From IMG/VR virus record IMGVR_UViG_640753023_000011: a stretch of DNA of 29,986 nucleotides; one strand, given 5' to 3'. This document shows positions 17,773 through 27,244 of this stretch, piece by piece; positions within the stretch are counted from its first letter, which is position 1, and each line of letters starts with the position of its first letter. The stretch is from a virus. Taxonomy: Duplodnaviria > Heunggongvirae > Uroviricota > Caudoviricetes. The notes under the pieces are model-generated. The model had not been told where the DNA came from. It saw only the letters and a list, made by a program, of their open reading frames with translations, and did no database searches. Position numbers and translations under genes: made by a program.

Positions 17773-19545
17773 ATGACCATCACCACAGACACCACTCTTT
17801 TACACGACCCGCTTCGTCAGGCGGCGCTGCTGTACTGGCAGGGATTTTCCGTGCCGCAGATTGCCGCCATGTTGCAGATGAAACGCCCGACAGTGCAGAG
17901 CTGGAAACAGCGCGACGGCTGGGACAACGTTGCCCCCATCAGCCGTGTCGAAATGAGCCTGGAAGCGCGGCTGACCCAGCTCATCATCAAACCGCAGAAA
18001 ACCGGCGGTGACTTCAAGGAAATTGACCTGCTGGGACGCCAGATTGAACGACTGGCACGGGTAAATCGTTACAGCCAGACCGGCAACGAGGCAGACCTTA
18101 ATCCGAACGTCGCTAACCGCAACAAAGGCGGGCGGCGCAAACCGAAAAAAAATTTTTTCAGTGACGAGGCCATCGAAAAGCTGGAGCAGATTTTCTTTGA
18201 GCAGTCTTTCGACTATCAGTTGCACTGGTATCGCGCCGGGCTTGAGCACCGCATCCGCGATATCCTGAAATCCCGCCAGATTGGCGCGACGTTTTATTTT
18301 TCCCGCGAGGCGCTGCTGCGCGCCCTGAAAACCGGCCATAACCAGATTTTTCTGTCGGCCAGTAAAACGCAGGCGTATGTGTTCCGCGAATACATCATCG
18401 CCTTTGCCCGGCTGGTTGACGTTGACCTGACCGGTGACCCGATTGTCCTGGGCAATAACGGCGCAAAACTGATTTTTCTCGGCACCAACTCCAACACCGC
18501 ACAGAGCCATAACGGCGACCTGTACGTCGACGAGATTTTCTGGATCCCGAATTTTCAGGTACTGCGTAAGGTGGCATCAGGTATGGCCTCACAGAGTCAC
18601 CTGCGCTCGACCTATTTCTCCACCCCGTCCACACTGGCGCACGACGCCTACCCGTTCTGGTCGGGTGAACTGTTCAACCGGGGACGCGCCAGCGCCGCCG
18701 AACGCGTGGAAATCGACGTCAGTCATAACGCCCTTGCCGGAGGTCTTCTCTGTGCGGACGGCCAGTGGCGGCAGATTGTCACCATTGAGGACGCCCTGAA
18801 AGGTGGCTGCACACTGTTCGACATTGAGCAGCTCAAACGTGAAAACAGCGCCGACGATTTTAAAAACCTGTTCATGTGTGAATTTGTTGACGACAAGGCG
18901 TCGGTGTTCCCGTTCGAGGAGCTGCAACGCTGCATGGTCGACACGCTGGAAGAATGGGAAGACTATGCGCCGTTTGCCGCCAATCCGTTCGGCTCACGCC
19001 CGGTATGGATTGGTTACGATCCGTCACACCGTGGCGACAGCGCCGGATGCGTGGTACTGGCACCGCCGGTGGTGGCCGGTGGCAAATTCAGGATCCTTGA
19101 GCGTCACCAGTGGAAAGGCATGGACTTTGCCACTCAGGCTGAATCCATCCGCAAACTCACCGAAAAATACAACGTCGAATACATCGGTATTGATGCCACC
19201 GGCCTCGGTGTCGGCGTGTTCCAGCTCGTGCGCTCGTTCTATCCCGCCGCGCGCGACATCCGCTACACGCCGGAAATGAAAACCGCAATGGTGCTCAAGG
19301 CAAAAGACGTTATTCGCCGTGGCTGTCTGGAATATGACGTCAGCGCCACCGACATCACCAGCTCGTTTATGGCTATCCGCAAGACCATGACCAGCAGCGG
19401 ACGCAGCGCCACCTATGAGGCCAGCCGCAGCGAGGAAGCCAGCCACGCCGACCTCGCCTGGGCGACCATGCATGCCCTGTTAAATGAGCCACTCACCGCG
19501 GGTATCAGCACCCCGCTGACATCCACCATTCTGGAGTTTTACTGA
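17773..19545 (+). CDS. P: terminase large subunit (gpP-like)
   Basis: ~590 aa; start taken at MTITTDTT..., preceded by GAGG 7 nt upstream (the track's upstream ATG at 17743 lacks an SD); transcribed away from O toward cos as in P2. Confidence 0.85.
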   Translation: MTITTDTTLLHDPLRQAALLYWQGFSVPQIAAMLQMKRPTVQSWKQRDGWDNVAPISRVEMSLEARLTQLIIKPQKTGGDFKEIDLLGRQIERLARVNRYSQTGNEADLNPNVANRNKGGRRKPKKNFFSDEAIEKLEQIFFEQSFDYQLHWYRAGLEHRIRDILKSRQIGATFYFSREALLRALKTGHNQIFLSASKTQAYVFREYIIAFARLVDVDLTGDPIVLGNNGAKLIFLGTNSNTAQSHNGDLYVDEIFWIPNFQVLRKVASGMASQSHLRSTYFSTPSTLAHDAYPFWSGELFNRGRASAAERVEIDVSHNALAGGLLCADGQWRQIVTIEDALKGGCTLFDIEQLKRENSADDFKNLFMCEFVDDKASVFPFEELQRCMVDTLEEWEDYAPFAANPFGSRPVWIGYDPSHRGDSAGCVVLAPPVVAGGKFRILERHQWKGMDFATQAESIRKLTEKYNVEYIGIDATGLGVGVFQLVRSFYPAARDIRYTPEMKTAMVLKAKDVIRRGCLEYDVSATDITSSFMAIRKTMTSSGRSATYEASRSEEASHADLAWATMHALLNEPLTAGISTPLTSTILEFY

Positions 19546-20579
19546 TGAGCAAGAAAAAAGGGAAAACACCGCGACCAGCGGCAAAAACAATGACCGCCAG
19601 CGCCCCGAAAATGGAGGCATTCACCTTTGGCGAGCCGGTGCCGGTACTCGACCGCCGTGACATTCTGGATTACGTCGAATGCATCAGTAACGGCAGATGG
19701 TATGAGCCACCGGTCAGCTTTACCGGTCTGGCAAAAAGCCTGCGTGCTGCCGTGCATCACAGCTCACCGATTTACGTCAAACGTAATATTCTGGCCTCAA
19801 CGTTTATCCCGCATCCGTGGCTTTCCCAGCAGGATTTCAGCCGCTTTGTGCTGGATTTTCTGGTGTTCGGTAATGCGTTTCTGGAAAAGCGTTACAGCAC
19901 CACCGGTAAGGTCATCAGACTGGAAACCTCACCGGCCAAATATACCCGTCGTGGCGTGGAGGAGGATGTTTACTGGTGGGTGCCGTCCTTCAACGAGCCG
20001 ACACCTTTCACGCCCGGCTCCGTGTTTCACCTGCTGGAGCCGGATATTAATCAGGAGCTGTATGGCCTGCCGGAATATCTCAGCGCCCTTAACTCTGCCT
20101 GGCTGAATGAGTCGGCCACGCTGTTCCGCCGCAAGTATTACGAAAACGGCGCACATGCCGGATACATCATGTACGTTACCGATGCCGTGCAGGATCGCAA
20201 CGATATCGAAATGCTTCGCGAAAACATGGTGAAGTCGAAAGGCCGCAACAACTTTAAAAACCTGTTTCTCTATGCCCCGCAGGGGAAAGCCGACGGCATT
20301 AAAATTATCCCGCTCAGTGAAGTGGCGACGAAGGACGATTTTTTTAATATCAAAAAAGCCAGCGCCGCTGACCTGCTGGACGCACACCGCATCCCCTTTC
20401 AGTTGATGGGTGGCAAGCCGGAGAACGTCGGGTCACTGGGCGATATTGAGAAAGTGGCAAAGGTCTTTGTCCGCAATGAGCTAATCCCGTTACAGGACAG
20501 GATTCGGGAAATAAACGGCTGGCTCGGTCAGGAGGTCATCCGCTTTAAAAACTACTCACTGGACACTGACAACGGCTGA
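19545..20579 (+). CDS. Q: portal protein (gpQ-like)
   Basis: 344 aa, same length as P2 Q; start overlaps the P stop (ATGA); adjacent to cos. Confidence 0.85.
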   Translation: MSKKKGKTPRPAAKTMTASAPKMEAFTFGEPVPVLDRRDILDYVECISNGRWYEPPVSFTGLAKSLRAAVHHSSPIYVKRNILASTFIPHPWLSQQDFSRFVLDFLVFGNAFLEKRYSTTGKVIRLETSPAKYTRRGVEEDVYWWVPSFNEPTPFTPGSVFHLLEPDINQELYGLPEYLSALNSAWLNESATLFRRKYYENGAHAGYIMYVTDAVQDRNDIEMLRENMVKSKGRNNFKNLFLYAPQGKADGIKIIPLSEVATKDDFFNIKKASAADLLDAHRIPFQLMGGKPENVGSLGDIEKVAKVFVRNELIPLQDRIREINGWLGQEVIRFKNYSLDTDNG

Positions 20580-20583
20580 ACAT

Positions 20584-20606
20584 CGCCGCCTGCGGGCGGC
20601 TTTTTT
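20584..20606 (+). terminator. rho-independent terminator after Q
   Basis: gccgcc-tgcg-ggcggc hairpin followed by T6. Confidence 0.6.
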
Positions 20607-20748
20607 ACAACCCGCCATCACGCCCTCACACGCTCACCACCGCACAAAACACCCCGCAGACACACCAACGCCCCGGCGCACAATCCAAACGCCGTCACGA
20701 CGCGCTGAGACGCTGAAAAAATAAAATCAGCACCACCGCCAGCGCGCA

Positions 20749-20767
20749 GTGCTTTCCCCGCCTCGCC
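20749..20767. other. cos site (19-nt cohesive end sequence of P2-type phages)
   Basis: gtgctttccccgcctcgcc is the reverse complement of the P2 cohesive end GGCGAGGCGGGGAAAGCAC as I recall it. Confidence 0.7.
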
Positions 20768-20817
20768 CGCCCGCTTCATGGGTCGGTTTTAATGCAGATG
20801 CATGTGAACACTCGAGA

Positions 20818-20847
20818 TTGACTGGATAAGACCTAAGGTGCATTAAT
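20818..20847 (+). promoter_or_regulatory. candidate sigma70 promoter for the cargo operon (TTGACT-N18-ATTAAT)
   Basis: By-eye match to -35/-10 hexamers upstream of 20906; not validated. Confidence 0.25.
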
Positions 20848-20905
20848 TTTTTGTTTTTTTACATGCAGTTTGATGCAAGAACATGCCCTCTAAAGTCTTG
20901 GTTTA

Positions 20906-21955
20906 ATGTGCTACACTTTTATACAAACCTATGATAAAAGCGATAAAAAATCTTCCATTTTGGCGAACATTATGACGGATATTGAAACAGCTCGATGGAA
21001 CACAGAAAGTGCCGCTTTGTTGGCACTATCAGAAATACATGGCGTTAGTTATTGGACTCTATATAAAGTTGCTCAAAAGGGAATCAGATTTAGAGACATT
21101 GTTACCAGCCAAACATTAGCCAACTTTGAGTATCTACTTGGAGTAAAACTTCATCGCCAACCTTATTATTTGAATGAAGGCAATTGGTCTGTTTTTCGGG
21201 ACAGCATGATTTCTACGGCTAAAATATTACTCACACATTATCATAATAGTGGTTACAAAATCATCCACCATGGTTCTCCGAGCTATCCAGACAAGTTGAA
21301 TGATCTGTCTGAGCCGCCTTTCTGGTTGTTTGCTCAAGGCAATGTATCCTTGCTAGATAAAAAGTGTGTTGGAGTTGTCGGCACCAGAAACCCAACCGCA
21401 CTTGGAATTTATTTAACTCAAGCAGTAATCTCGCAATTTATAGATTCGGATTATTCAACTGTAAGCGGTTTAGCATATGGTATAGATCAATCTGCACATG
21501 AAGCATCCCTGCTATTTAAAATACCGACAATTGCTGTGTTAGGTACTGGCGTAAACTCAAATTATCCCAAAAATAGTGGCGAGATGAGAGGCCATATTGT
21601 AAATAATGGCGGACTGATTCTTACTGAGTATTTACCAAACCAAAAACCATCACAGGAAAATTTTGTTCGTAGAAATAGAATTCAAGCAGCTTTAAGTGAT
21701 GTATTGATCCCAGTTGAATGGGGCCTAAAAAGTGGGACATCTCATACTGTGAGATATGCTGCTCAATTAAAAAGAGCGATACTTTGTCCTTTACTTAGGG
21801 GAACTACACCTCAAGAAGAGATTAAACATGCCTTGTCAGAGTACTCAGCTACGATAATGAATATTCCACTATCCGATTTTAAAGACGTGCAAAGCTTAAT
21901 TAAATCAGCATCCGGTGTAAAAACACAGCAACTTTCTCTTCTGGGAGATGAATAA
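20906..21955 (+). CDS. DprA/Smf-like (SLOG-type Rossmann) protein; candidate ShosA-like antitoxin or sensor
   Basis: Motifs CVGVVGTRNP, SGLAYGIDQSAHE, TIAVLGTGVNSNYPKN, ENFVRRNRIQAALS and SGTSHT follow the conserved spacing of the DprA Rossmann domain; the N-terminal region has an HhH-like segment; AT-rich; true start may be M23 (20972). Confidence 0.7.
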   Translation: MCYTFIQTYDKSDKKSSILANIMTDIETARWNTESAALLALSEIHGVSYWTLYKVAQKGIRFRDIVTSQTLANFEYLLGVKLHRQPYYLNEGNWSVFRDSMISTAKILLTHYHNSGYKIIHHGSPSYPDKLNDLSEPPFWLFAQGNVSLLDKKCVGVVGTRNPTALGIYLTQAVISQFIDSDYSTVSGLAYGIDQSAHEASLLFKIPTIAVLGTGVNSNYPKNSGEMRGHIVNNGGLILTEYLPNQKPSQENFVRRNRIQAALSDVLIPVEWGLKSGTSHTVRYAAQLKRAILCPLLRGTTPQEEIKHALSEYSATIMNIPLSDFKDVQSLIKSASGVKTQQLSLLGDE

Positions 21956-23231
21956 TATGTATTTAAAGGCAGTTATATTTTCAATCGCAGATGTTGTATT
22001 ACCATTAACATCTAACACTCAACCTCAGGAACTAAAATCTAGAATCGACTCTGAATTACGTAAGTTGTTTGCGTTTTTGTCATCAAAAGGGATTAAAGTT
22101 ATCTTCTTGACAAATAAAAATAGAAACGTGAGAACACATGACGGGATCGTAACACTAGACGAATACCTAAAAAGGAAATTCCCAGAATCAATTCACTTTT
22201 GCCGTGAACTCGACAACAACATACCAGCAAAACAAACAGGGAAGGCCATAGATTTCATCATGGCTGCGTTAGAATTAAAACGAAACGAAATGATCTATGT
22301 AGGGCGTTCTCAGGAAGACTTACAAGCAGCTACCAACGGGAATACCCTATTTATTAATGCGACCTGGTATGAACCGGTTACTGAGTACGGTTTTCAATTT
22401 TCAGAACCCAAAGAAATCGCTAGATTTATTGATGTCTTTTGCTTAAGAGAGCAGTTGTGGGGATGGCAAGGGCATTTTAATGAAGATGTTCACTACTACG
22501 CCTTAGCACCATTTAGCACATATGTCCCTGAATTTACAATGTATTCAGCCAATGCAAGAGACCTCGCAAAGCTATCGGTTGGAAGCCCCGATTTTTGGAT
22601 AAGATATCTTGGTGCTAGCATTTATTTCTCTGGCTTAAGTGAAGGAGCAAGTTTTATAACCACCTACGTTGGACATAACGCTGAAGATCCTTATAAACTA
22701 GCAAACATTATGGAGCATGACCTAAAAGGTTTAGCAGTTTCATTCAAAGGAAAGTATCTAAAAGATCTATTCTTACGACATACAACAGCTATTAAATCAC
22801 AGCAAGCTCGGATAGCTAAGCAAGAAGTAAACATCACATCTCAAATAAACACAGTTAATTTAAATCCTGCCCCTATTAAAAACCTCATCACCGGCGAAAG
22901 ATATACCAACCCTCCTAAATTGAAAGGTAAGAAAATATTAGTTATTGATGATTTTTGCACTGAAGGAAATGCTCATGAAACAGCCAGAATGTATCTAAAA
23001 GCTGCAGGCGCAAATGTAATAAATATATCGTGGTTAAAAACCATCAATCGTGACGTTTCTATCTGTGAACCAACTCGCAAGATACGGCCATGGGAGGCCA
23101 ATACACTTGATGTTGATGACATTAACTATGTCGGTACGATTGGTTATGCTGAAAATGTAACTCACGGTAGTGCACCTCAAGTGTTATCAGAAAAAATTCA
23201 ACAATATGATAACTGGGACTGGCCACAATAA
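21948..23231 (+). CDS. two-domain protein: N-terminal HAD-like fold with atypical motif I, C-terminal type I phosphoribosyltransferase (PRTase)-like domain; candidate ShosT-like toxin/effector
   Basis: C-terminal KKILVIDDFCTEGNAHETA fits the PRPP-binding motif of type I PRTases; N-terminal AVIFSIADVVL...VIFLTNKN...K...IYVGRSQEDL resembles HAD motifs I-IV with both motif-I Asp positions substituted; overlaps the upstream gene by 8 nt (alternative start at 21957). Confidence 0.65.
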   Translation: MNNMYLKAVIFSIADVVLPLTSNTQPQELKSRIDSELRKLFAFLSSKGIKVIFLTNKNRNVRTHDGIVTLDEYLKRKFPESIHFCRELDNNIPAKQTGKAIDFIMAALELKRNEMIYVGRSQEDLQAATNGNTLFINATWYEPVTEYGFQFSEPKEIARFIDVFCLREQLWGWQGHFNEDVHYYALAPFSTYVPEFTMYSANARDLAKLSVGSPDFWIRYLGASIYFSGLSEGASFITTYVGHNAEDPYKLANIMEHDLKGLAVSFKGKYLKDLFLRHTTAIKSQQARIAKQEVNITSQINTVNLNPAPIKNLITGERYTNPPKLKGKKILVIDDFCTEGNAHETARMYLKAAGANVINISWLKTINRDVSICEPTRKIRPWEANTLDVDDINYVGTIGYAENVTHGSAPQVLSEKIQQYDNWDWPQ

Positions 23232-23248
23232 ATCAATCCCATAATTTA

Positions 23249-23278
23249 AAGTGCCCCCTAATAATGGGAGGCACTTTA
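23249..23278. terminator. hairpin between the convergent cargo operon and gene A (possible bidirectional terminator)
   Basis: Inverted repeat aaagtgcc...ggcacttt with A/T-rich flanks on both sides. Confidence 0.4.
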
Positions 23279-23406
23279 AATATTAAGAAGATAATGTCAT
23301 TAAGCGAAATTTAACTATAATTTAAAACATTACAATTATTATTTTTTAAAGTTTACTATTACCCAATCCATCAATAAGACCTGTATTTATTCGTAATTTA
23401 ATAGCC

Positions 23407-25704
23407 TTACCACTCATCAATCACTGGATATTTGAATTTTTTATTATCATAAATCACCATCGCCCCACGCGCCAGCGCCTCAAGCTCCCATCGCTGCGGT
23501 CTGATACCGTTCTGAGCAAGGTCAACGCGGATACGGGTGATTTGCAATCTTTCAGACCGGGTCAGTCTGGCCGATGGTGCAATTTCATGTGGTTTTAACG
23601 GGCTTCCGTTTCTTTGCTGACGGTTTGGTCTTCTCAGGCCGTGTTTTAATGCGCTTCTGAGCGCCCTCACAACCTCCGGGTCATTCCATTCGATAACACC
23701 GTCATCAACCAGATTAAGCACTGCTGCGGCGTGCTCAGAAGGTGTGGGAGCCGGTAACGAAGTATCACCGCCGGTGAGCTTTCCACAGTTATTGACAGGA
23801 CTCCGAGGCGCGGCGATGCCGCTTTTTAAAGTCAAAGGCTCAACGACCGGCACTTTCGGAACAATGCGCCAGTCCGTCGTTCTGGTGATATGAATATGAC
23901 GTGCGCCGAGATGCGGCGCGTAAATGCCGACCACTCTCTCGACCTCCTCCTCGTACTCGTTAACGTCATCCGACGGGCTACGGGCGACCCTGACAGTCTG
24001 ACAATCGCGCGGGACATTTGCCCCGCCCTGCGCGCTGATATACAACGCAAAATCACCACTGTCTGCAGCGGCGCGTGCAGCCTCGACGCGCTCGTCAAAC
24101 TCATCAGCAATGCTGACGCCGCGAGGCAATTTGCGTAGTTCACGGTAAGCCCCCATTGTCGGCAGACCAACCGTTTTAAATTGCGGAATGCGCCACGTTG
24201 ACGCCCATGCGGTAACAGCCGCAGCTGTGTCTTTCAGCGGCCTACCGGTATCATTATCGAGCTGACCATCCAGTGCATAGCCGTCGATGTTTTTTGAAAT
24301 GTATTTCGCGATATATCCCGCAGCACCGCCCCGGTTAAGGTGTTTTGCCTGAAAACGGTTTCGCGCGGCTCCTCTTTCGTCGCCATCCTCTTTGAGCGCA
24401 TAGCGACGCATGATTTCAATAATCTGGTTACGCTGGCGTGGATTACAAAAAAGCATCATATGCCAGTGCGGCGTTCCGTCGTGGTGTGGTTCAACAACAC
24501 GCAAACCGTAGGCCTGTAAATCATTATCCTTGAATGCCGTGCGCATCAGGCTCCAGATACGGCAGAGATAACGCTGCGCATCCTTTGGATTAAATGCCTC
24601 ATCATTCCAGCCGTGATTTAGCTGGACGGTTTTACTTTCGCCTTTTCTGACCTGACGTGTCGGGTGATACTTTGACGGCGCGGTCAGCGTGATAAACATC
24701 CCCACATCACCCTCTGCGGCAGCGTAACGCTCAATACCGGCGATGGTGTTCATCAGCTCCATCCGGCGAATTTCTGGATTAGAAATACTGCCCATCACCT
24801 TACTGATAAGGTCGATGCGCTCGCCGGTTTCCCTGTTTTCAAGGTCACACGATTTAAGAAATTCCAGATTTGCCTGGCGGCGCGCACGCACATCACGAAT
24901 GGCATGTTTACTTGCATAAGGAGAACGGTCTTTATTGACCTCCCCGACAGCAATCAGTAACGCCTCATGCCAGCGCATACGCTGGCCTTTAAGCTGATGA
25001 GTCCACCATTCATCGTTAAACAGACGGGCAATGGCAGAATATGCCTGCCTCGTGGTCATCTGCCCTTTACGGTATTTTTTCCAGTAGAGCGGAGAAATAT
25101 TGAAAGCACGTGCAGCGCCAGCAACATGACCATAGAGGTGAGCCTGCGCCTCATCCGTAAACAGCGATTCTTTTTCGCCATGCGCATCCACCCAGGCATC
25201 GCAGAGTTCCTCATACATCATGAAAAGCTGCGATGAGATACGGGCGGCAAACTTTTTCAGCTCCTTATCATTCATCCCCGGCAGACGCGCATAATGGTCA
25301 CGCTCTGCCAGAAACAGCAACGACGCGTCGGTGTTCATTTCATGGCGCTGATTCACGCGCTCAATGCGCGGCCATAAACGACGCTGAAAAGTGGATGTGA
25401 GGAAATAAAACCCGTGCACCGGGCTTTTATTGCGCCGGATGTAGTCATAGCGTGAAGTAAACAGCGAGCGCAAAAAGTAAGGCAGGCGGTTAATCGTGGA
25501 TAAAACACCTTGCACCTGACGCATCTCGTCACGTGTAAGGGGTCTTTCGCGCCCGACAGCCTCGCGTGGCGCGTTCCATGCATAAGCACCGGTAAACGCC
25601 TTACCGGTGCCTGCGGCAAATGCTGACGGAGGGACAAAACGCCCGGAGGCTTTAACGTCCATATGAGCCAAAAGCCTCTGAACAACGCCTGCTGAGTTGC
25701 TCAA
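23407..25704 (-). CDS. A: replication initiation protein (gpA-like rolling-circle endonuclease)
   Basis: 765 aa, close to the length of P2 A; last gene of the early operon; contains a HWHMM motif. Confidence 0.85.
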   Translation of the reverse strand: MSNSAGVVQRLLAHMDVKASGRFVPPSAFAAGTGKAFTGAYAWNAPREAVGRERPLTRDEMRQVQGVLSTINRLPYFLRSLFTSRYDYIRRNKSPVHGFYFLTSTFQRRLWPRIERVNQRHEMNTDASLLFLAERDHYARLPGMNDKELKKFAARISSQLFMMYEELCDAWVDAHGEKESLFTDEAQAHLYGHVAGAARAFNISPLYWKKYRKGQMTTRQAYSAIARLFNDEWWTHQLKGQRMRWHEALLIAVGEVNKDRSPYASKHAIRDVRARRQANLEFLKSCDLENRETGERIDLISKVMGSISNPEIRRMELMNTIAGIERYAAAEGDVGMFITLTAPSKYHPTRQVRKGESKTVQLNHGWNDEAFNPKDAQRYLCRIWSLMRTAFKDNDLQAYGLRVVEPHHDGTPHWHMMLFCNPRQRNQIIEIMRRYALKEDGDERGAARNRFQAKHLNRGGAAGYIAKYISKNIDGYALDGQLDNDTGRPLKDTAAAVTAWASTWRIPQFKTVGLPTMGAYRELRKLPRGVSIADEFDERVEAARAAADSGDFALYISAQGGANVPRDCQTVRVARSPSDDVNEYEEEVERVVGIYAPHLGARHIHITRTTDWRIVPKVPVVEPLTLKSGIAAPRSPVNNCGKLTGGDTSLPAPTPSEHAAAVLNLVDDGVIEWNDPEVVRALRSALKHGLRRPNRQQRNGSPLKPHEIAPSARLTRSERLQITRIRVDLAQNGIRPQRWELEALARGAMVIYDNKKFKYPVIDEW

Positions 25705-25927
25705 CCTGCGCGTTTAAATCAGCAAAAGACTTTGCGCTTCCGGTCAGAATATCGTGATGCATCAGGCCGGAAACGAGCTGGCTTAATTTCGGATAATAAC
25801 CAACCACCGCCAGCCATTCCTGACCGGCGTTTTTACCGCTTTCCGCTCTCTTTTTCTCGTGGAGAATAAACTGAAAGCTGTCACTGGTAACGACATAACG
25901 TTCGCCAATTTCGATACGAATACTCAT
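25652..25927 (-). CDS. early-operon small protein (P2 orf83-like)
   Basis: 91-aa ORF in the position of P2 orf83; overlaps the called A start, so one of the two starts is probably internal. Confidence 0.5.
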   Translation of the reverse strand: MSIRIEIGERYVVTSDSFQFILHEKKRAESGKNAGQEWLAVVGYYPKLSQLVSGLMHHDILTGSAKSFADLNAQVEQLSRRCSEAFGSYGR

Positions 25928-26148
25928 GCCATTCTCCGGTAATGCTTGTTTTTTGCTTCAAAGACTGACTGGCAGGAAACACAACGCGTGGCTGACGGGT
26001 AAGCCGCACGACGGGCAGCAGGTATTGGCGTGTCACACTCTTCGCAAACCAGCGCAGAAGCACAGCAATGTTTTACCCTTGCCGCGTTAATCTGGCGCTC
26101 CAGTAATTCAGCCTGTTGTTCCTGAATAAAATCTACGTTGTCCGGCAT
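25924..26148 (-). CDS. TraR/DksA-family C4 zinc-finger protein (P2 orf82-like)
   Basis: 74 aa with a CxxC...CxxC arrangement (CEECDT ... CVSC). Confidence 0.65.
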   Translation of the reverse strand: MPDNVDFIQEQQAELLERQINAARVKHCCASALVCEECDTPIPAARRAAYPSATRCVSCQSVFEAKNKHYRRMA

Positions 26149-26150
26149 TA

Positions 26151-26453
26151 TCAGCTCCTTTTATCGTTAAGTTTCCTGGATACATCAGCGCAATAACTGG
26201 CGAGTTCTGTCGTTAATTTTGTCAGTTCATCCACTGAGGAAATTTGCTTGTGGAACACAGCGCGTTTAACAAGTAAATTGACCACATCAGACAGGAGGTT
26301 TAATTCATTCTGATAAATCGCGATAACAGATTCAGTTATGTCGCGTTTTTCTTTATCAAGACAAAGTTGAATAAGAGACAAATCACCATTTTCCATAACA
26401 GCTATTTTTAAGGCGTTATTCAGTAATACAACCGAACGAGAACAGGACATCAA
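26151..26453 (-). CDS. early-operon small protein (P2 orf81-like)
   Basis: 100-aa ORF, tightly packed in the cox–A operon. Confidence 0.5.
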   Translation of the reverse strand: MMSCSRSVVLLNNALKIAVMENGDLSLIQLCLDKEKRDITESVIAIYQNELNLLSDVVNLLVKRAVFHKQISSVDELTKLTTELASYCADVSRKLNDKRS

Positions 26454-26674
26454 AGCACCTCCCCGCGAGACAATCCGATATTGTGAAATTTTTCCGACTC
26501 CTGACTGAGCAGCTCGACTATCTCCACGCGGGATAACTCCGCCTTTGTGATGTGGCGAATCATGGCGTCAAGATGAGAAGAAAAGCGCGTCGCAGCGTCG
26601 GCCTGTGCTTCGGTTCTGGCCTGTTTCAGCAGTAATGCGTATTTATCGCACTGATTTTCAGAAACTGTATGCAT
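26450..26674 (-). CDS. early-operon small protein (P2 orf80-like)
   Basis: 74-aa ORF; stop overlaps the next gene's start. Confidence 0.5.
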   Translation of the reverse strand: MHTVSENQCDKYALLLKQARTEAQADAATRFSSHLDAMIRHITKAELSRVEIVELLSQESEKFHNIGLSRGEVL

Positions 26675-26737
26675 GACTTTCTCCAGGCAAAAAGAAGCCC
26701 CGCACGATTAAGTGCGTTAAAAACTCTGGTTAATTAT

Positions 26738-27244
26738 TTAATGCAGATATTGCTCTGGTTTTACCGACGTCAGAATTGTCGGTGCATACTCAAACAGGCT
26801 GAATAATTCACGTAATGCACGGAATAAAGCATCACGCCAGTAACATGATTCTTCATTAATTCGCCAGTATGGCTGGTTAAATTCTTTTTCTGTCAGTCGT
26901 GCGTGCATAAATAAAGTGCGACGCTGACTGACTGTTAAAAAACTAATATATGCATACTCACTTGCGCCAACCTGACGGCGTTTTGAGAATGCCCCACGCA
27001 ATTCATCAATTGCACATACCAGTCGTTCACGTTCGACGTCGTTCATTTCTTCAAAACGCATCGTTGCGTGACGCTGTTTTAACTGCGCATGGAAGCAAAC
27101 CGTTAGCCGTTCACGTTCCATCATCTGATTATAATAATCGCATGTCTCCTGCCAGCGAGGGACGGCCAGATGCTTACCAATTATCCGGCGCATGGTTGCT
27201 GGCTGTTTTTCAACGAGATTGAGCGTCATCACTGTCATTTCCAT
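26738..27244 (-). CDS. B: replication protein B-like (helicase-loader type)
   Basis: ~166-168 aa in the position of P2 gene B, between cox/orf78 and orf80. Confidence 0.65.
   Translation of the reverse strand: MEMTVMTLNLVEKQPATMRRIIGKHLAVPRWQETCDYYNQMMERERLTVCFHAQLKQRHATMRFEEMNDVERERLVCAIDELRGAFSKRRQVGASEYAYISFLTVSQRRTLFMHARLTEKEFNQPYWRINEESCYWRDALFRALRELFSLFEYAPTILTSVKPEQYLH

Noticed and set aside
17800-18510. 236-aa minus-strand ORF inside gene P
   Set aside because: Antisense to the terminase gene; no independent support.
19627-20387. ORFs of 159 aa (+) and 152 aa (-) inside gene Q
   Set aside because: Alternative-frame or antisense shadows of the portal gene.
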